Shown piece by piece: positions 14,054 to 28,970 of a DNA stretch of 64,000 nt (position 1 is the first letter of the stretch; each line of letters opens with the position of its first letter). This DNA is from Octopus sinensis. Taxonomy: Eukaryota. Under the pieces are notes generated by a model. That model was not told where the DNA came from. It made no database searches and saw nothing but the letters and a program-made list of their open reading frames with translations. Made by a program: the position numbers and the translations under genes. The stretch lies in contig NC_043016.1 of the NCBI RefSeq assembly GCF_006345805.1, forward strand, positions 17,360,001 through 17,424,000. The letters run 5' to 3'.

Positions 14054-14833
14054 GATATTATTATTATTATTATTATTCTGATTAATAGTAGAGGAGTTAT
14101 GTATTACTATCTTATGCAGGAAACAATGTTATATTCCATATTAACAATATCTATTTGTCCATTTACCAGATCAAACCCCCATTGCATTGGCCTATGACTG
14201 TGTTGAGAAGCAAATATATTACAGTGATATTGAAAGCTATACAATCAGAAAAATGGATACAACTGGAAACTATTCAGGAATTGTTGTTGAAAGTAAGAAG
14301 CAACTATTTTGATATCTTTATTTAGCATTTAAAATTTTAAATACTATTGGATTTTACTCACAAGGTATTGGAATCTTATATGTATACCATTCTGCCTAAA
14401 TAATGGATCTACAAATGCAATATCCCTGCATATCTCACTTCTATTTCATATCTTATCTATTCTCATTCTCTATTTCATATCTTATCTAAATTAACTATTG
14501 CTTAATCATTTTCTCACACCATCTCCGATGAAGGGACATAATAAATATCCTGGAAACAGCTATAAGACCATCTATTTATAATTGTTCTAAAATCTTCACA
14601 GCCTTGGTTTTTTTATCTCATTCTGAAAAAAAAGAATTTTTATATATACACATGCTGATATATCACCTACGTTGGACTCCTTATTCACATAATCACCGAA
14701 CCTGGAGCTTAACTATGGTCTTTCCAAAGCACTTACTCAGCATTACCCCTGACACCTTTGGGTCTTACTGACACCATTACCTCTCATAACATATATATAT
14801 ATATATATATTTATATGTATACATATGTATATG

Positions 14834-14865
<32 letters not shown>

Positions 14866-15042
14866 ATATAATATATATATGTAGGTCCCGGGTTGAATCG
14901 GGGTTAACCACAGTAAATAAGGTACTCAATACATGGCAGAGTAAATTAATTTATTTTATAGAAGGAGCTCCTACAGGACTAGAACTGTTTCATTCAAATG
15001 AAATCATCAGGAAGCCTGGCTTCCTTCTATAAAATAAATATA

Positions 15043-15087
<45 letters not shown>

Positions 15088-18000
15088 AAGAAAACAGAAA
15101 GTGGAGATAATATTGATGAACAACAATTGATTAAAATCAATTATTATTATTAATTAATTACAAAAAGACTACATCTCATTTGATTGACAGCTGTTTCTGC
15201 TCCCAATGCTGTTTGGTGTCACCATTGTTATGCTGAGTGTAAAATAAATAAATACATAAATATATTTATTCATGTATTTATTTTACACTCTGATGAAGCC
15301 CCAAGTTTCAAATTGGTTTTATTACCAACTTTGATAAACATCTTTTAGCATAATGATGGTGATACCAAACAACATTGGAAGCAGAAACAGCTGTTAGATG
15401 GGATGCAGTCTTTTTTGTAATTAATTGATAAATAATAATTGATGTAAATCAATTGTTGTTCACCAATATTATCTCCAATTTCTGTTTTGTTCTTTAAATT
15501 TTGATTCCTGATAAACTCCCGTTTATCCTTGTCTTCACCTATAATTTATGCGCATAACATTTTTGCCCATGTTTAAACAGAGGTAATATAACAGTAGTAT
15601 AATGGATACTTTTATCCCTTAAATGGTTATTTTAACCTCTAACTCAGCTAGACCCCCTTCAGTCATGAATGAGCATGGGATTGCACCTAGAAAATTCCCC
15701 TCTGATGTACAAGTCTGGGCAAGGTTGTTTTCATGGAAGACCAGCAGTTGCCCATGCATACCAGCCTCTCCTCTCCACAGCAATGACATTATCCAAGGAC
15801 AAAGCAAAGGGGCCAATACAGCTTGGCACCAGTGATGCTGCAACTCATTTATACAGATGAGTAAACTGGAGCAATGTGAAATAAAGTGTCTTGCTCAAGA
15901 GCACAACACACAGCCTAATCTGGGAATTGATCACATTACTTCATGACCATGATCCCAACATCAAATTAGCTAATGTTTTTGTTTTTTTTTATATATGTTG
16001 CTGTGTCCCTTTATGTCCCCTAACTCAGTGGATTAATGAATGGAAATTAGTGAAATAAATATAAGACTGAAATTAGTGCCAAGGTCAGCAGACTTGACAA
16101 AACCTTGAAATCAATGTTGCAGCATGGCCACTGTCCCAAGACTGACACCTAAAAAAAAGCATAAAATGTGATGAAACAGTTGAAGTATTTCTCTATTTCT
16201 GCCCCCACCCATCTCCCCTGCTCATGCTGCAATCTTTCATCTGTCACAAAGTCATCTCTCTCGATACTAATCCCATTCATTTGAGGTGACCTTAATGCTT
16301 GCTGGTGGCCTTACTGCTAGTAGTACCACTTAAAAATCACCCAGTACACTCTGTTAAGCGGTTGATCATGGCATAGATTTTAAGGCAGTGAGCTGGCAGA
16401 ATCATTAGCACGTCAGGCGAAATGCTTAGCGGTATTTTGGCTGCCGTTATGTTGTGAGTTCAAATTCTGCCGAGGTCGACTTTGCCTTTCATCCTTTCGG
16501 GGTCGATAAATTAAGTACCAGTTACGCACTGGGGTCGATATAATCGACTTAATACCTATGTCTGTCCATGTTTGTCCTCTCTATGTTTAGCCCCTTGTGG
16601 GTAATAAAGAAATAGGTTGATCCTGGCATAGAAACCACGCCAAAGAAGACGATGTAGCCTGGTGTAATTATCTGACTTGCCAGCTCTATCAAACCATCGA
16701 ACCCTTGCCAGCATGATAAATGGACGTTAGATGATGATGATGTTGAGGATGACAAATGCAGCTAAGAAGCAGCTGATCATCTCTACTTGATGATCCACAC
16801 TAAGCTCTTGCTTCATGCCATCCTACTCAGAACTCTTCAATCCACTTTCTGTTTCTATTTCCAAAAAGGAATCAACCTGCAAACGTCATGTGAGCTGCTA
16901 AAAGTAGATGTTAAAATGGTCTGACTAACTGTATGGTATTACCATGTCTTTGTTAAAATGGTTTACCCAAATATGTGTGATACTAACATAGCGCCCAGAT
17001 GACTACTTTGGTTAATTTCATGTTACTCTATATACACACACACACACACTCACAGGAATATATATCATCATTATCGTCATTTAACGTCTGTTTTCCATGC
17101 TGGCATGGGTTGGATGGTTTGACCAAGGACTGGCAAGCCAGAACGCTGTACCGGGCTCCAATCTGATCTGGCAAGGTTTCTACTGCTGGATGCCCTCCCT
17201 AATACCAACCACTCTGAGAGTGTAGAAATATGAATTCACTCCTGTGTTTTACTGGTCTTTTACTGACCCTGGAAGGGTGAAAAGAAAAGTTGACTTGGGT
17301 GGGATTTGAAATCAGAAAGTAATGAATAAGTCCCTATATAAACATTGCCCTCTTACAATTCTAAGTTGTTTATCTGAGTTTTTCTTTTCTGATTATTATC
17401 TGGGCATTATCAATGTTATTATCAAAATTATTATTGCCATTATCAAAATTATTATTTTTTCATCATTATCAATAGGCAAAATTCATAGCCTCTAAAAGAG
17501 GCTATGGATTTTATCTATACATTATACAAGGTAGATATTGCCACATACAATCTAGTAAAATTTTGTGTGCTAATGGAAAAAGCATGGAATAACAATCACC
17601 TGGCTTAGAAATATTTGTGGACTTATCAAATGCATGTAATTGTTTGATTAAATTTGAGGTTTTCACTGCAGTTTATGTTGAAGAACAATCAAAATAAAAT
17701 ATCAATCGGATTTGCGTAAAATTGGTTTTGAGTTTTAAGTATATGAGTGTACTCTGTTTGTTAGGCAGCTGATATTCTCTTTGTGTAAAGTTATATATCA
17801 AGTTCTTTTCAAAAATTTGTAAATTGGCATGTAAATATTGGTATTGAAATATATGAGCTTTAATACCTGCTAAGGAATTTAAAAATTTGTAAAACTAAAG
17901 ATATTTTATGAAGGATTTTATAAGTTTAAACACAGTAAACACTGATAATATTTTGACTTTAGTTCAATATTGGAAATAATACTTTATCATTTTAGATGTG

Positions 18001-21000
18001 AAATCTGAAGGCATTGCCATTGACTGGATATCAAGGAATATGTACTGGACTGATTCTAGGAAAAAGAGCGTGGAAGTAATTAAATTAGATGGTACTCACC
18101 GCAAAACTCTCTTTAACACAAAAATAAGCAACCCAAGAGGAATTGTTGTGGATCCAATCCGAGGGTGAGTCTTTTCTGCCTTTTTATTTTTCCTGTTGTT
18201 ATGTAGGTCCCATCGAGTAGACAAACTTATCCCACAGGTTGGAGGCTGAACAACTAACGTGCAGTTCTAAGAATATCATGCTTCTGTCATGTTAAAGAGC
18301 ACTCTGAACTGTCCAACCAGGGCTGTGGAGTCAAAACAAAAAAAATCTTGCCTCTGACTCCAACTACTCTATTATTGACATCTCCAAATCTGACTCCCCT
18401 ATGTAATTAAGTAATTGTGGTCTATTTTACTGACTCCGACTTGGACTCCAATTACCCTTTAATTGTTTCTGACTCTGACTACATGACTTCGACTCCACAG
18501 CCCTGAGTCCAACATACAATAGTTACTCGTACAGAGTATAGTATTGCAGGCTGGATATATTGCTCTTCTGTATATCAGTTGTTTGTTGTTTGGGTCATAG
18601 CTGATCTTACACATTCTGGCTCTCTGCTTGTCATATCAATTTCATTTCAGGCATAGTGTACCTAAGAGTCTATGGCTCAATATTTCTTTCTTTTTTCAAG
18701 ACAGTAGAAGGTGCATTTCAAGGGGGAGTTGGTTGATATTTCTATCAGGCAATTGTTATTCCTGCTCCTTCTAAGAGGAGAAAAAAACTAGATGTAAGAG
18801 AGGAGAAAGCAGAGTTGGTGGTGCCTGATGAATTGAGAGACTTGTATGACAGGTTTAGTGTTGTTTGTATTGAGAAGAAGAGAAGCTGAGATCAAAGAAG
18901 TGGGAATCAGTAGGTTTGTAGTGGACTCTCATTTTTATGTCAAACTATTCTTCCTCTCAGTACAAATGCACTAAATGTGCCATACAATTCTCTCAATTCC
19001 TCTGAATTCTGACTCTGGAGTATTGATTCCCATTTTGAATCCCAGTGTGAGAGAGTCCTAGATATGCAACATTGCATATCTAGGGCAACATTTTTCAACC
19101 ATATCTATCATTTTTTCTAATTGCTAAGGTGTAATTTAAGTGCTGCTATTTCCAGCAGATGATATGACTACATGGGCTAGTGTTACTGCATTGTTGTTAT
19201 TTAGCCCCAAATGACTGAGCATTGACCAGAAGTATTCCAGCCATGGCCAATCCTTCAAACATACCTAGGATTACATTATCCGATGTATCCCAGAGGTTTT
19301 TTAGAAAGACAGTAAGCTGTGTTTAGGAGACGAATTGGTTGCTATTTCTAGCAGAGATATTGTGCTTAGAATTGTTTCAGTTTTTATCAGGTTAGTTATT
19401 TCTGTTATGTAATTGTGGTTTAATTTTTTCCTGTTGCCTTGTTGGATGTTGTATCGCATGTTCGACGTACGATATAACAAGATAATAATAATGCCTCGCA
19501 AATCGTTCTTCTCAATATACTGGTCATAACCCTTGATAATATGCAACTCTCGGCTTTACTCTGCTGAAGGCTCTCTACATATGTCCATTTATAATTGTGG
19601 CACAGTCCATTAGGAGCCAACCAATAGGGGTGTTCTACTTCCACACAACAGATGTATATTCTGGACTTATCTTGAATTATATTATTAAAAAATCCAAGTC
19701 TTGAATCTATTCTCTGCTTATCCACTCTTTTGGAGTTTGGGAAAATATTCTTGCTTTGCTTAGTGATATGCATGTGTTGTTATGATGATGATGTGTATGT
19801 GGCCTGAGAAAAGTAGGGGATTATTTGCCATGTGATTTTGATAGATTTGTGAGCAGAACAGGAATTAATGATTAGGAATAAGGTGTAGTTAGTTTGGTGA
19901 AATATGTGGATGTGTTGGTATGCATTATTAAGGATAGAAAGGGAGGAACTAAGCTGCGATTTATTGCATCACCTCTTGTCTGTTTCCTGTTTTCTTGTTT
20001 TTTTTTTGGCATATTTGGATGGTGTTTGGAAAGGTGTTATTTTTTTGCAACTGGAGTTTGTAAGCTGATGGAAAAATTGATGGGGGTAGGGGTACCTAAT
20101 TATCGTATTGATGTATTTTTATGTTGCTAGTTTTCATTTTGCCTGCTTGTATATTGTAGTGTCCTATGAATAATTGAGTGTTGTTTGTGGTATGTGTGCA
20201 CTGGATGTGTGATTTCATATGTTACGAGGCTACCACTAGTTTGGTCTATCCTGCTTTGTGTTCACTGTGAGACCGTCTCAGATTACTCTGTCAAATGTTG
20301 TACTTATTTAATCATATACTATCTTGTAGCTTTGTGAAGTCGATGATGTGATTGTTTTATTTTTAGAATGACATTGTAAGGTAAGCATGAGAGACCAGAT
20401 CTCGCCAGTATGAACATGAAGCAGGAGGAATATTTTGGTTGGTTATGGCCAGTTTAAGTGCTAAAGGGTTAAAGGAGTTTTATGGGCCATTTGTGTTGTA
20501 CTGAATTATGTTAAAAATGTTCATACTGTGTTAGTAAATATCACTTCAATGTGTTAGAGGATGTCCTTCTGTGTGGATTAGACATTGAAAAGTAAACCCA
20601 CAATGGAATATATATAAACATAATAGGGTAGAGGAGTAGGAGATGTATTTTTATGTTGTTTTGGTGGAGTGTGTGTTTTGAATGTTTTTTGAATTATAGA
20701 AGAATGCATGTAGTGCATTGTCTAAATTAATGATCAATGGTAGGTCACTTCATTATCATCATTGTTTAACGTCTGCTTTCCATGCTGGCATGGGTTGGAC
20801 GGTTCAACTGGGGTCTGGGAAGCCAGGAGGCTGCACCAGGCACCAATCTGATCTGGCAGTGTTTCTACAGCTGGATACCCTTCCTAATGCCAACCACTCT
20901 GAGAGTGTAGTGGGCACTTTTTACATGCCACCAACATGGGAGCCAGTCAGGTGGCACTGGCATTGGCCATGTTCAGACGGTGCTTTTTACGTGCTACAGG

Positions 21001-21827
21001 CACAAGAGCCAGTTGGGGCGGGGTTGGCTGACATCGACCACATTCGGATGGTGCTTTTTATGTGCCACTAGCACAGGGAACCAGTCAGGCGGCACTGGCA
21101 TCGACCCACGCATGAATGGTGTTAATTGTGTGCCACCAGCACAGGAGTCAGTCAGGCAGCAATGGTATTGGCCACAATTACAATTTCCACTTGATTTTGA
21201 TTTTACTTGACTCAATAGGTTCCCTCAAGCACAGAAAGTTGCCTGACGATTCAAAGGTACTTTTTAAATGGGTTGCTTATGTGGAACTTCAGTAATTATG
21301 GTTGTTATTGAATATTGAAAACCTTGATTTTTATATTTTGACAGTCCACCAGTTGCTCTATGTTTTGTAAAAGTATTTGTCCTTTATACATTGCTGTATA
21401 TATTGCATTGACAACAGGTGTGAGGTCAGAGAAAACTGTGGATTGTTTGATGTATGGCTCTAATAACATGAGTAGAGAAATTACAAGCTTCCATAGATCA
21501 TTGTTAATTTTAAAACGACCATAAACCATTTACATCATGTGACCATATCAGTGCTGCCATCTCGTTAACATACATTAAAGGATGGTGCCTTTAATGCTCA
21601 AGTACTATTTGAACTTCCTTTGTCTTCAGTCTTTTATGTTAGTTAATGTCACTCACTTAATGGCTCGTCAATATAATCATCATCATTATCATGGACAGCA
21701 TTTTCACCTGCATATTTTCCATGCTGGCATGACTTGGATAACTTTGTCATTTATCATCTCATCTGTGGGAGCCAGCACACTGAAATTTGACCTCACAACT
21801 ACTCATAACTTGCTTGGTCTTCTTCTG

Positions 21828-21866
<39 letters not shown>

Positions 21867-24800
21867 AACATATAAAATTATTTAATTTCTCTTTCCTGAT
21901 TTCTTCCTGTTTTTCTTCTCTTCTTCCTGTTCCTCTCATCTTACCTTTTCCAGGTAGGTTTACAGTTTCATATTTGCTTGCTGTCCATGTTGTTGTTTTG
22001 ACCCATATTATCAATGGCTGAGCACATGTACGATAAAAAGTGTTCCAGGTGTGACCATCCAGTCTATTTTTATATATCTAAGGCCACTTTGTTTAATGTA
22101 TCCTCTCATTTTTTTAAAGACAGAAGGGTGTGATTCAAGAAAATCTTGGTTCCTGACCATATTATGTCAAATAACTATGAAAAGGCTTCCTTGTTGACCC
22201 AGCTTACTGCACAATATAAAATTAGAGAAAAGTTGCAATTTTTTTAAAACATCATCATCATCATATTTTTGTCACCACCATTTTTGTCATCATCATCATC
22301 ATTACATTCACTTTCCTTGCTTTATGTGATGAATGCACAAATTGTTTTCATCAAAGCCTAGACTTCACAACAGTGTCATACTATAGAACCATTTGTGCCA
22401 CTTTGGTTTTGCTTGGAAGGAAACAGATTTCTTATATGTGGAACCAAATATTTTATACTCTTTCCAGTAGCTTATATCACTTGTGTGTGCCTACCATGTG
22501 ACAATACTTGTACGAGTGTAGGAGGAGAATGGATTACTCCTTTTACAAGAGTAGTTTAGCAATAAATGAATAAACATATTTTGTAGGACTTTGTCATCAA
22601 AATTTTGTTTTACAACTCACTGAAACTTGTACACTGACAAAACTAGGTCCTAAGGTGAAATTAGTGTAACAGCATAGTCCTTCAGAATTACCGCAGGCAG
22701 TATTCTGTTACATCTGCCTGGGTGGCTGTGATGCTTATGGCCATTAGCTGTGATTAATTGCTTGTGCCTAACGGTGCAAATACAGTAAAATTTAGAAATA
22801 AAAGTTGTGAAGAATCTTAGCTTTATAGAACCATCTGGATTCAATAAAGGGGTGAGAAAACTGCTCAAAATATAGGAGAGCTATGTTTGTTGCTGTTGTT
22901 GTAGTTGCTTGTTCCTCCTTGAGCCATGCCCAGCTCATAAGGGCTGGGTTCCTGGTTTCATTGGTGTATAGGATGGGACGCTGGTCTGTCACAAGTGAGC
23001 TGCTAGATGCAGGAGGAAAGAATGAGAGAAAGTAGTGGCAAAAGAGTCAGAACAAGTTTGCTATTACCTTCAGCAGGGCTGCGTGGGGCTCAGGTGTTTC
23101 GCTCATAAACACACACACACCGCCTAGTCTGAGATTCGAACCTGCAATCCCTCAATTGCAAGTCCGCTGCCCTAACAACTAGGCCATGTGCCTCTAATTA
23201 AGAGCACTAAAATTATTTAAATCCTCAGTGACCCTCTCATTTGTGACCCTACCAACGAACCCCAGATTTTATCTATTAGTTGGAGTGGCATCCTCATTTT
23301 TATTGTTGCTTACACTATGTTTTGGGTATGTACACTCCAATCTTCTTCAAGCGTCTTGTGATTCACCATAGCGCCTGGCTGGGATTGAACTCAGAACCTA
23401 GGTGACTGCACTGCATTAACTCACATCTTTATCCACTATGCTAAAGAATTGTAAAATATTTCAAATATTTCTGAATTTGTCTTCCAATCTTTCTTGATAT
23501 TTGTTGTTGAAAACCCATTTACATCTTCATATATTTCGATGTATGACATTAGATGGCAAAATGGCTTATAAAAGTCAGTGTGGTATGTGAAGAATCTCTT
23601 TTGCTTGCTGCAAAACAGAATGTGTCATTTGAGACCAAAGTAGTTGTCAGACCATTTCTGGTGTTACATGGAAAGAATAAGCACAAGAATAACAAAATGG
23701 TGTTAATGGTAATGGCAGCAACAACAATGACAGTAAAAACAATCTTAGTAAAAAATCTTTTAGTTTTTCTCAAGTTCATCATTGCTTATCAATCGCCCAC
23801 TTCTCTCCCAACAGTGTCTTGCCACTCCGTGTGTGTGTGTGTAAGTAAATATAAATAAACTATTATTTATTCTGTGTATATTTTTCTCTTTCAGGATTTT
23901 GTACTGGGTTGACTGGATGCATGATAACCCAAGAATTGAAAAAGCTAATATGGATGGCTCTGACAGACAACTATTTGTTCACGACGATCTAAAATTACCA
24001 AATGCCATTACTTTAGATCTTCCTACCAACCAGTTATGCTGGGGAGATAAAGGTAGGTTCTTTTAAAATTACATTGTTCATTTTCCTCTGATTGGGTCAA
24101 CACATGAATTAATATATGAAGAGATATCAGACGCCAGAGCAGTAAACTGGTACACTCCGTTGCTTGCAACAACGAGGGTTCTAGTTGATCCAATCAACTG
24201 GAACAGCTTGCTTGTGAGATAAGCATGCAAGTGGCTGAACACTCTACAGGCACATGTACCCATAACTTTCTCAGGGAGATTCAGTGTGACACAGAGTGTG
24301 ACAAGGCTGACCCCTTTACAAGTGCTATTCATTTTAGTCAGCTGAGTTGACCGGAGCAATGTGAAATAAAGTGTCTTGCTTAAGGATACAATGCACTGCC
24401 AAGAATCAAACTCGTGACCCTATGATTGCGAGCCAAATGCAATAATGCAGCTGAGATTCCATAAACGAAAAAATTAAATGAAATTAAATTCAAGTTTAAT
24501 ATTTGAAATTCCTAAATCTGTTATGAGTCAAGGAACATGCAAGTTTTGCAATGTCAAGAATTTTATCAATTGCCTCCATTGACATAATCATTGTCAGGAA
24601 AGGGCTAAAGTTTTGAAAATCAGTCAATTTTTTTTCATGTCTCTTCACATAGAATTGTTGACTGAAACTATACAAGACAAACCATATAAATGCTAATTTG
24701 TTAAATGGCAGCTGTTATTCAATGAAGTCAGCATATTTCATGGAGAATATCTTTTTTTAGCTATCAGTATTACTCCATGCCACATTTACACTATTTAGCT

Positions 24801-27800
24801 GATGCCTTATATAATGGAATTTGTTGAACGTTCATCATTAAAATCATTTGTTTAAAGTACCATTGAAGTACCATAGTCACAACTGTGTCTCTGTTTGTTT
24901 ATATATTTATTTATTCATTGTGTGCCAAAATGTATTGCATCTATTTGTAAACTCTTAATTGTTTATTGATCTGTTCTTTCAAATTTTAACCATTCAAATA
25001 TCCCTGATAATACAAGAGTGATCATTAAACATTTTTATTGAGATGCACAACTACAAAATATAAAATCAAAATCTTTCATTCATTCTACTTCATTAGAATG
25101 TCACATTTCACCTATTTTATTTCAGTTTTATCTAAAATTGAGTGTGTTCACTTCAATGGTGTTGGAAGACGTGTCTTATACAAAGTCCATGGACGTGAGT
25201 TTGGAATCTTTGATATGGTATTTTCTGATAATAACATCTACTGGACAGATTGGACCAAGTAAGTGTTAATATTAATTGGTTTATTGGAACAACTCGTAGC
25301 AAATTTTAATATGTATTAATTATTTAAAGTGGTGAGCTGGCAGAATCGTTAGCGCACTGAGCAAAATGCTTATCAGCATTTCATCTGTCTTTGTGTTCTG
25401 AGTTCAAATTCAGCAGTGGTTGACTTCGTTTTCCTTCCTTTCGGGGTCAGCAAAATAAGTACCAGTTGGGTACTGGGGGTCAATGTAATTGAATTTCCTC
25501 TCCTCTAAAATTACTGGCCTTGAACCAAGATTTGAAACCAATATGTACTAGTTATTTGCAGGGTTTTTTTTCTTTCTTTCTTTCTGTTTTTTTTTTTTTT
25601 TGGTAAATGAGAAAATGCAAGCAAATAATTTGACAAGTGGTACAATGTTGAAAATTCTTGTATTAATATTTCATGCAACAAATTAAAACACATTATTTAT
25701 TTCATTCTAGTTTAAACTATCTTTTAACTACATACATTCTAACTCTTAAATGAAAAATAACCAACCAAATATGTAGAATTTATTCTACATCATTTGCCAT
25801 GCTGGACCACTGAAATCTACAGGCTTTTTCCATTCTCTCTCTGTTTATTTTCTCTTATTCCTTTCTGTTGAAGAGCGTAGGCTTGAAATGTAAAAGACCT
25901 TTCCAGTTTCCTGAGCATCAAACTAATACACTTGCTTGTTCTTCATACACCTGTCTTTGTCTTTTGTTTTTCTGTAAATTTCAACTATGTAGAATTTACC
26001 AAGGTCTAAAAAACTTACGAGTCAATAACATTCTTCCAAGAACAAAAAGTTAGATGTGATCTCTGGGAAGCATCATTAATGTATTTTGAGTGACATATTT
26101 TTACAATATTCTGCTGTCAGAATTTTGGGTGCACTCAACATTAATTCTTTTACAGGAATGACATAAAACAAAATGTGATGATGTTTTTGTCTTTCCAAAG
26201 TACATTAGGGAAGTAAAACGGTTTCAATTAATGGGGGCACTTCTTGAGCATTACATACTCAGTGTAGGAATACCTAACCATCAATTTTGGATTTATAACT
26301 CTCATATTGACCCAAAGGATCGTAATTTAGATGTAATTAGGTTTACTTTAGTTGTTTTAGTTGGATTAAAATTGTGCGCCTTGCATGACCTCTGTTAAAG
26401 ATTTAAACTCCAGATTATTTCAGAGCAATAGATTTATCTATTTAATTCATTTATTCTATGGAGTGATAAGTAATTTTATTGTTAGACAAAGTTTAACACT
26501 TATTCTTCCTGATGACCTGTTCTGTATAGCAACTGACAAACAGAACATGATTACAATTAACGGAAGTTAAAGAGATCCAGTAAAAACTGCTTATTCTCCT
26601 CGGCTATTATAACTCCAAAATTCTTTTAGAGTATGACTAGACATATCGATAAAGTGTTAATGCTTATGGTATGCAAATTAGTAGCTCCAATTTTTCTGTA
26701 GTTACAGTATTTGTTTCTCTGGGATTGGTCAAATTGATGCTTGTGGTGAGAATCTTGTAAGATTCAAAAATCAATTCAGATCATTCATCATATTTTCCAA
26801 TCTATGGAGAAACAGTTAAATTAGCCTTGTTTATATATGGTTACAATATATATATATATATATATATTGTATATATCAGTACAGAATTAAGTAATCTATA
26901 TGTTCATATATGTTATACAACCTATTTAACAATACATGCAAATACTTGGGGATACTATTAAAAAAATTCATTTATAATTCCAGTTATTAAATAAATTGGA
27001 AAAATTGATTTAAAAAATTGCTTTCAGTTCTTTAAATAATGAAATGTTGGGACATTATTAGTATTAAAACATAATTATATTAAGTTTTGAAAAGTCGTTA
27101 AACACTGACTTTATACATTAAGTGATATATTAAAATAGCACAATTGTGTTTGACTTTTGCTATGTGATCATCAGGAATATTTTGAAGTTCTGAAATTGAA
27201 ATCACATGGAAGTGATACGATGCCTTTGTTAAGTTTAATGGTTAAAAAAAAAATATGACATTTACATGACAAAAACTGTTTGCATATATATTGAAAAATC
27301 TGTTACTCATAAAGGCAGTCGTAACCGTTGTTCCAAAAGCAGTGTGACATTATTTATGGAAATTGACTATTCAAACAGATTCTTAATGGCTTCGTCATCT
27401 TTGAAATGTTGTGACGTATATGCAGAAACAATTTGTTTTTGACTTGTTGTAACTCAAAGGAATATTTTCACACCATTTAATGCGATGAACAATATTCTCT
27501 TTTATACTCATTCCTGTCTCTCATGTAAAACTATCTTCAAAATATGTAAAAACTATTTTTATAGAAAAATGAAACGGAATATTTTGTAGTTGCTTGAAAA
27601 TGTATTTGCACTGGAGAGTTTACTTTGATGACTTTAAATATTTGAATAGTCTGCTCTTTTACCAGTGTATTATCAAAGAGTTTTACTGCGTTTACAGTTT
27701 ATTGTCTGTCTACAAATTTCAAAATCTCTCAGCCTTCCAAAGTTCCATTTATGTTTCTTTCAACAAAGCTGGGAAAATATTTAGGTAATTTTTAGGTATT

Positions 27801-28935
27801 TTTGAAAAAGCAGACTCATAAAACACATTGAAGATGCTTCTCTGCAACATACTGTCTCTACATTAAGAACACATCATGTACATTCTTACACACATAAATC
27901 AAATACTACACACACACACACACACACCATATACTCAAAACTATATTTAATCTTAAAGTCTACAAATCTGTAACAGGCAATAATTTCAGGGTCAGCATCC
28001 ACATTATATTAAAGAAGACAAAAAAAAAACGAAAAAAAAAAAAAACAAGCATTTCCATGAACATAATGTTACTGAGGAAAAAAAAAATGTGTTATCATGG
28101 TTGAATTGTGTAATTGATTTCTATAAATTTTCTTAGGTCAACTATATCTAATATAAAGTGGAATGCCAATAAACCAAGTGAACCTTTAAGTACACCAACC
28201 GGAGGTCATGGGAAAATGTATGGCATCACAACTATAACTGATTCCTGTCCCCGAAGTGAGTAATTCTACAAGTTTTATTGACTAATTAATTCTGATGTTT
28301 GGTTGATCACATCACATCCACACAAATGCACACACACATATATACAGTCACATTGTAAGGTACTTTATCAAGTACACACATTACAACAGATTCATGTAAG
28401 TATGTGCCTGATATATATAGTTGTATGTGTGTGCATATATCAAAATCAAGCACATACATACATGCATGTATGCGTACATACATACGTGTATGCATACATA
28501 CATACATGTATGCATACATACATGTATACATACATACATACATGCATGTATGCACACATACATACATACATGTATGCATGCATGCATGCACACATACATA
28601 CATACATGTATACATACATACATGTATACATACATACATGCATGTATGCATACATACATGCATGTATGCATACATACATGCATGTATGCATACATACATG
28701 CATGTATGCATACATACATGCATGTATGCATACATACATGCATGTATGCATACATACATGCATGCATGCACACATACATACATCTATACATACATATATA
28801 CCAAAAAAGGATGAGAGAAAAAGATGTAATAATATTTAGATATGTAACACAATTCATACATATTGATCTTTTATGCTCTCCTTTCTCTCTCTCTCTCTCT
28901 ATCCACTCACATGCACTCCCTCTACCATATATACG

Positions 28936-28970
<35 letters not shown>

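Noticed and set aside
13868-14197. Poly-Ile ORF
   Set aside because: It is the intronic (ATT)n tract; the real exon begins at 14170 in a different frame.
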